This document shows, piece by piece, positions 60,928-64,000 of a stretch of DNA of 64,000 bases. Location of the stretch: NCBI GenBank assembly GCA_964035545.1, contig OZ037765.1:31557504-31621503 (forward strand), read 5' to 3'. The notes under the pieces were generated by a model. It saw nothing but the letters and a program-made list of their open reading frames with translations, did not search any database and was not told the DNA's origin. The position numbers and the translations under genes are program-made. Positions within the stretch are counted from its first letter, which is position 1. The number at the start of each line of letters is the position of its first letter. This stretch comes from Bugula neritina (Eukaryota > Animalia > Bryozoa).

Positions 60928-63872
60928 TGATTTCATAATTAAATGAAGTTATGGTACTGCACAAATGTTTTTATTTTGTTTAGTATATAAATATAATAAG
61001 TAATATGACACTTGAATCAGTTACTAGTTTCTCAAAGCTGAAATATAATATATAACAACTAAATTTACTCTTATTTTTACTTGATTTGTGCTTGATTGCA
61101 ACATATAATGAAGACTCAATATTGATTTTGGATGAACTGTTATAGTGATAGTTATAGACTATAGTCATCAATGTTGAATTGCCTCTGATTGGTTTGCTAT
61201 TCCCTTGTGAACTTCAGAGTCTCAAAAGAAGTGGAGATGAGTGTTAGAGATGCCAGTCTGCGCTGGTTCTTCCAGCTGACAACGTCTGCAGCTCTGAATT
61301 GCGTGGAGACGTTTCCTGCCTACAGACAGCTTGTGATTGGTCAGGCCAAGTATGTGAACTTTGAACTTTACCGCCTTGTGAAACCTTACTTTAGTCTAAT
61401 AGTTGTAAGGCACGTATGCTTATTATATCTTGTTTGGTTGCACTACAAAGCTAATTTTTATTCGTCACATTTTCATTAAAATCCCGGTAGCGAGATTTGG
61501 CTCATGCATTTAACTTGACATTGTTTTAGAATTTTTGTCTTTGAAATAAATTCACAATCTTCATCAAATAGGCAGCAGACTGCATATGACTTACAAATCT
61601 TGCTACTTGAATGAACATTCTTATCAAGTTTACTTCATTAGCATTTCTACTGTAATATCTGTATTTTTATAAAAAATTTGTAGTATTATGTATTTTTTAC
61701 TTTGAAGAGAAGCGTTCAAGCATATCAAACCGATGGCACTGTGCCAAGGTAGCTCGGAAAGACCAAAGTTTATTAGCAAGCCTATTCTCGCTGAGATCCA
61801 CTCCTTTCTGCAGAGTTTGACCAGGTAGGGAGAGTATACTAGTATCACAGTGTTAGTTTACTCTCTATCAAATCTAAGAATATTCCTATCTCTACTCTTC
61901 TCTTTCTTGATCGTTGTTCCTAAAATCTTAAGTTTTTTTTGTTAAAGTTTGCAACAAAGTAGCATTTGCTTTTTCCACTGTAAGATCTTTTTAGCAACAA
62001 TTCCCATCAGTGTTTTTACTTTTAATTTATAGTAAGTAAATTCTAATGACGTTTAACTGTTGACTGTTAGCCTGTCTGCCAGTCTCTTATTATTCCCTAC
62101 TATTCTTATAATTTATTTGATGACAGAAATGGGTCGGAGGAGCTCTCTGATGACATCCTGTTGTGTAAAATCAAGTACAGCCTGGCAGCATCCGACCTGG
62201 CCAGCATCATATCAGTCTTGTCTTATCTGCTCGGTACGCTCTACTAGTTATATTCTGTCATAGTAGTTGTTATCTCATATTATATGATGTGAGTGTGGAG
62301 GCCTTCATGTTTGATTACTATGTTTTACGTTACAATTGATGACAAAAATAGTACAATTTTTTACTAATATTTTGACCATCACCATTTCTGAAATATATAA
62401 TGAATAGCAATATGCATCTTCAGAGTTGAAATTATTATATATACAAACACACATGCAACGGTTTGAATGAACATAGCTTATCAATTTTAATGTACATTTT
62501 AACCAGACTTCAGTAAACCCAAACTATTTTCAATATAGCAAAACATTTATCTACTTGATATACTATGCTTGGTCTGCATATTTTCGCAGTTTGCTTTAAG
62601 GCAATGAAGTATTGATATTTACACGAAGTTTTGTACAAACTAATTAGTTCAAATGTGAAGACAACTCCTTATTTCTCATGTACTAATTCTAGATAACCCT
62701 GAGAGGTCTATTGATACAGAGCAGCTCATTAGCTCCATGCAAACTGTGAGAACTAAATTCTGGACCAAAGGAGGTGAGATGATTTTAGCTTAGTTTTGTT
62801 ACTTTTAGAGCAAATATTTATAAAATTATGTGTTTTTTCTATGCATGTTAACTTACATGCATTTCAACTTTAATTAGGAGGGCAAATAAGGGGTATTTAT
62901 AGGAAAGTAACATGGAAACAAATTTTATGCTGCCTAAATTTTTGTCGAATGAAATTTTAGTCTTGTGTTTTCAATATGGTAGGAGTAGCGTGTTTAGGCT
63001 ATTTAACAATTCAATGTTTGTTTGTTTGTTTCACAAACTTGACTAAACACATGTTGCAGCTTGCAGGAGCAAGTCACATGACATTTATCAACTGCAATAT
63101 ATTGCTTTCTTTATAATCTATGCATATGTTTTTAATATGAAAGACTATTTTGTTGTATAGTAAATAAGTTCTCAATTAAAATTGCTAGACTATTTTGTGC
63201 TTTATAGGCTCAACCTCTGTCTTCTTATAATATAGCTTTTATTCATGCTTTGTAACGTGATTGTGTGCTGTGTAGAGAGATCGCTCTCTCTCAACTATGT
63301 TGATTGTGACGGAGGAGAGAAACAGGCCGAGAGTGCTGACTGTATACATCCCAGGGAAATCATAGCCTATGATTCTAGTGTCCACTCCGAAGACGGTAGG
63401 AAGGAGCCTGTATTTTTTATATTGTGTGCTATAAACTCAACTAACATTCGTTTTTGGAATTTTTAATTATTTTGTAGTCTGTCTGTACCACTACTCTATA
63501 TATTTACATTCTACTCTCTGTTACTACTCTATATATCTACATTCTACTCTATGTTACTACTATATATATCTACATTCTACTCTATGTTACTACTCTATAT
63601 ATCCACATTCTACTCTATGTTACTACTCTATATATCTACATTCTACTCTATGTTACTACAAAGCTATTGAAATTACTGCAGCTATTGTTAATATGTTCTC
63701 ATTCCTGCAGCGTACACAGCCAAGAAAGGCAAGACTAAGTTCTCCTTAATACTGGAGGCTGCGGAAAGTATACAGATAACCCGTCTGACCGTACGTCCAG
63801 CAAAAGGAGACAAAGGCGTTCGATGTGGGCTACTATTCCTCTTGCCTCTATCAGAAGTTGTCTCCTCTAAAA
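54371..63872 (+). CDS. ZZEF1: ZZ-type zinc finger and EF-hand protein 1, 5' part (EF-hand and APC10/DOC domain); continues beyond the window
   Basis: MG-start acidic exon 54371-54490; EF-hand RFDTEGVGKAEF; DOC domain IEVSSN...WQSDG.ARSHWIRL.MK.NV....L.I.VA..DQSYMPQ...QINVKRC.SDGCD.RIH; SV.DAS..W. Confidence 0.88.
60072..60268. repeat. 20-bp tandem repeat (GTGTATTCTACAGCTACAGG), intronic
   Basis: About 9 near-identical units just after a ZZEF1 donor. Confidence 0.92.
60872..60923. repeat. (GT)n microsatellite
   Basis: Directly visible. Confidence 0.95.
63491..63658. repeat. About 33-bp tandem repeat (CTACTCTATATATCTACATTCTACTCTATGTTA), intronic
   Basis: About 5 units visible. Confidence 0.9.
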
Positions 63873-64000
63873 GGTAGAAAACTGTCTATAGTTGTGGGTT
63901 TCTTTATACGTGGCATTTTAAACATAATATATAACATCATTTTATGTTATTATTTGATGTATATATGCTTTTCTTTGTGCTAGCAAAAGTTTATTTATTA

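Overview
AT-rich, intron-rich animal (invertebrate, probably lophotrochozoan; inference only) genomic DNA. Two full-length, related but distinct Ty3/Gypsy LTR retrotransposons lie on the minus strand (111-7424 and 34591-42131). Both have a tRNA-Leu PBS and 4-bp TSDs, and both sit in the same AGTATGAGTAT target context. Host genes: a secreted six-TSP1-repeat gene (-) with a CD225/dispanin gene nested antisense in an intron, CCDC66 (-), a rearranged IFT46 paralogue (+), IFT46 (+), SoxH/Sox30 (-) and the 5' part of ZZEF1 (+). The most notable signal is a non-env third ORF in both elements (acidic N-terminus, zinc-finger-like motifs, C-terminal coiled coil). It comes with a position- and phase-conserved set of splice signals: a donor early in gag, a donor at the pol end, and a branch point/acceptor inside ORF3. 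This resembles the accessory-gene expression scheme of complex retroviruses. Element 1 also has a -1 frameshift cassette (GUUAAAC plus a 10-bp stem). Exon boundaries were read by eye and no database searches were run.
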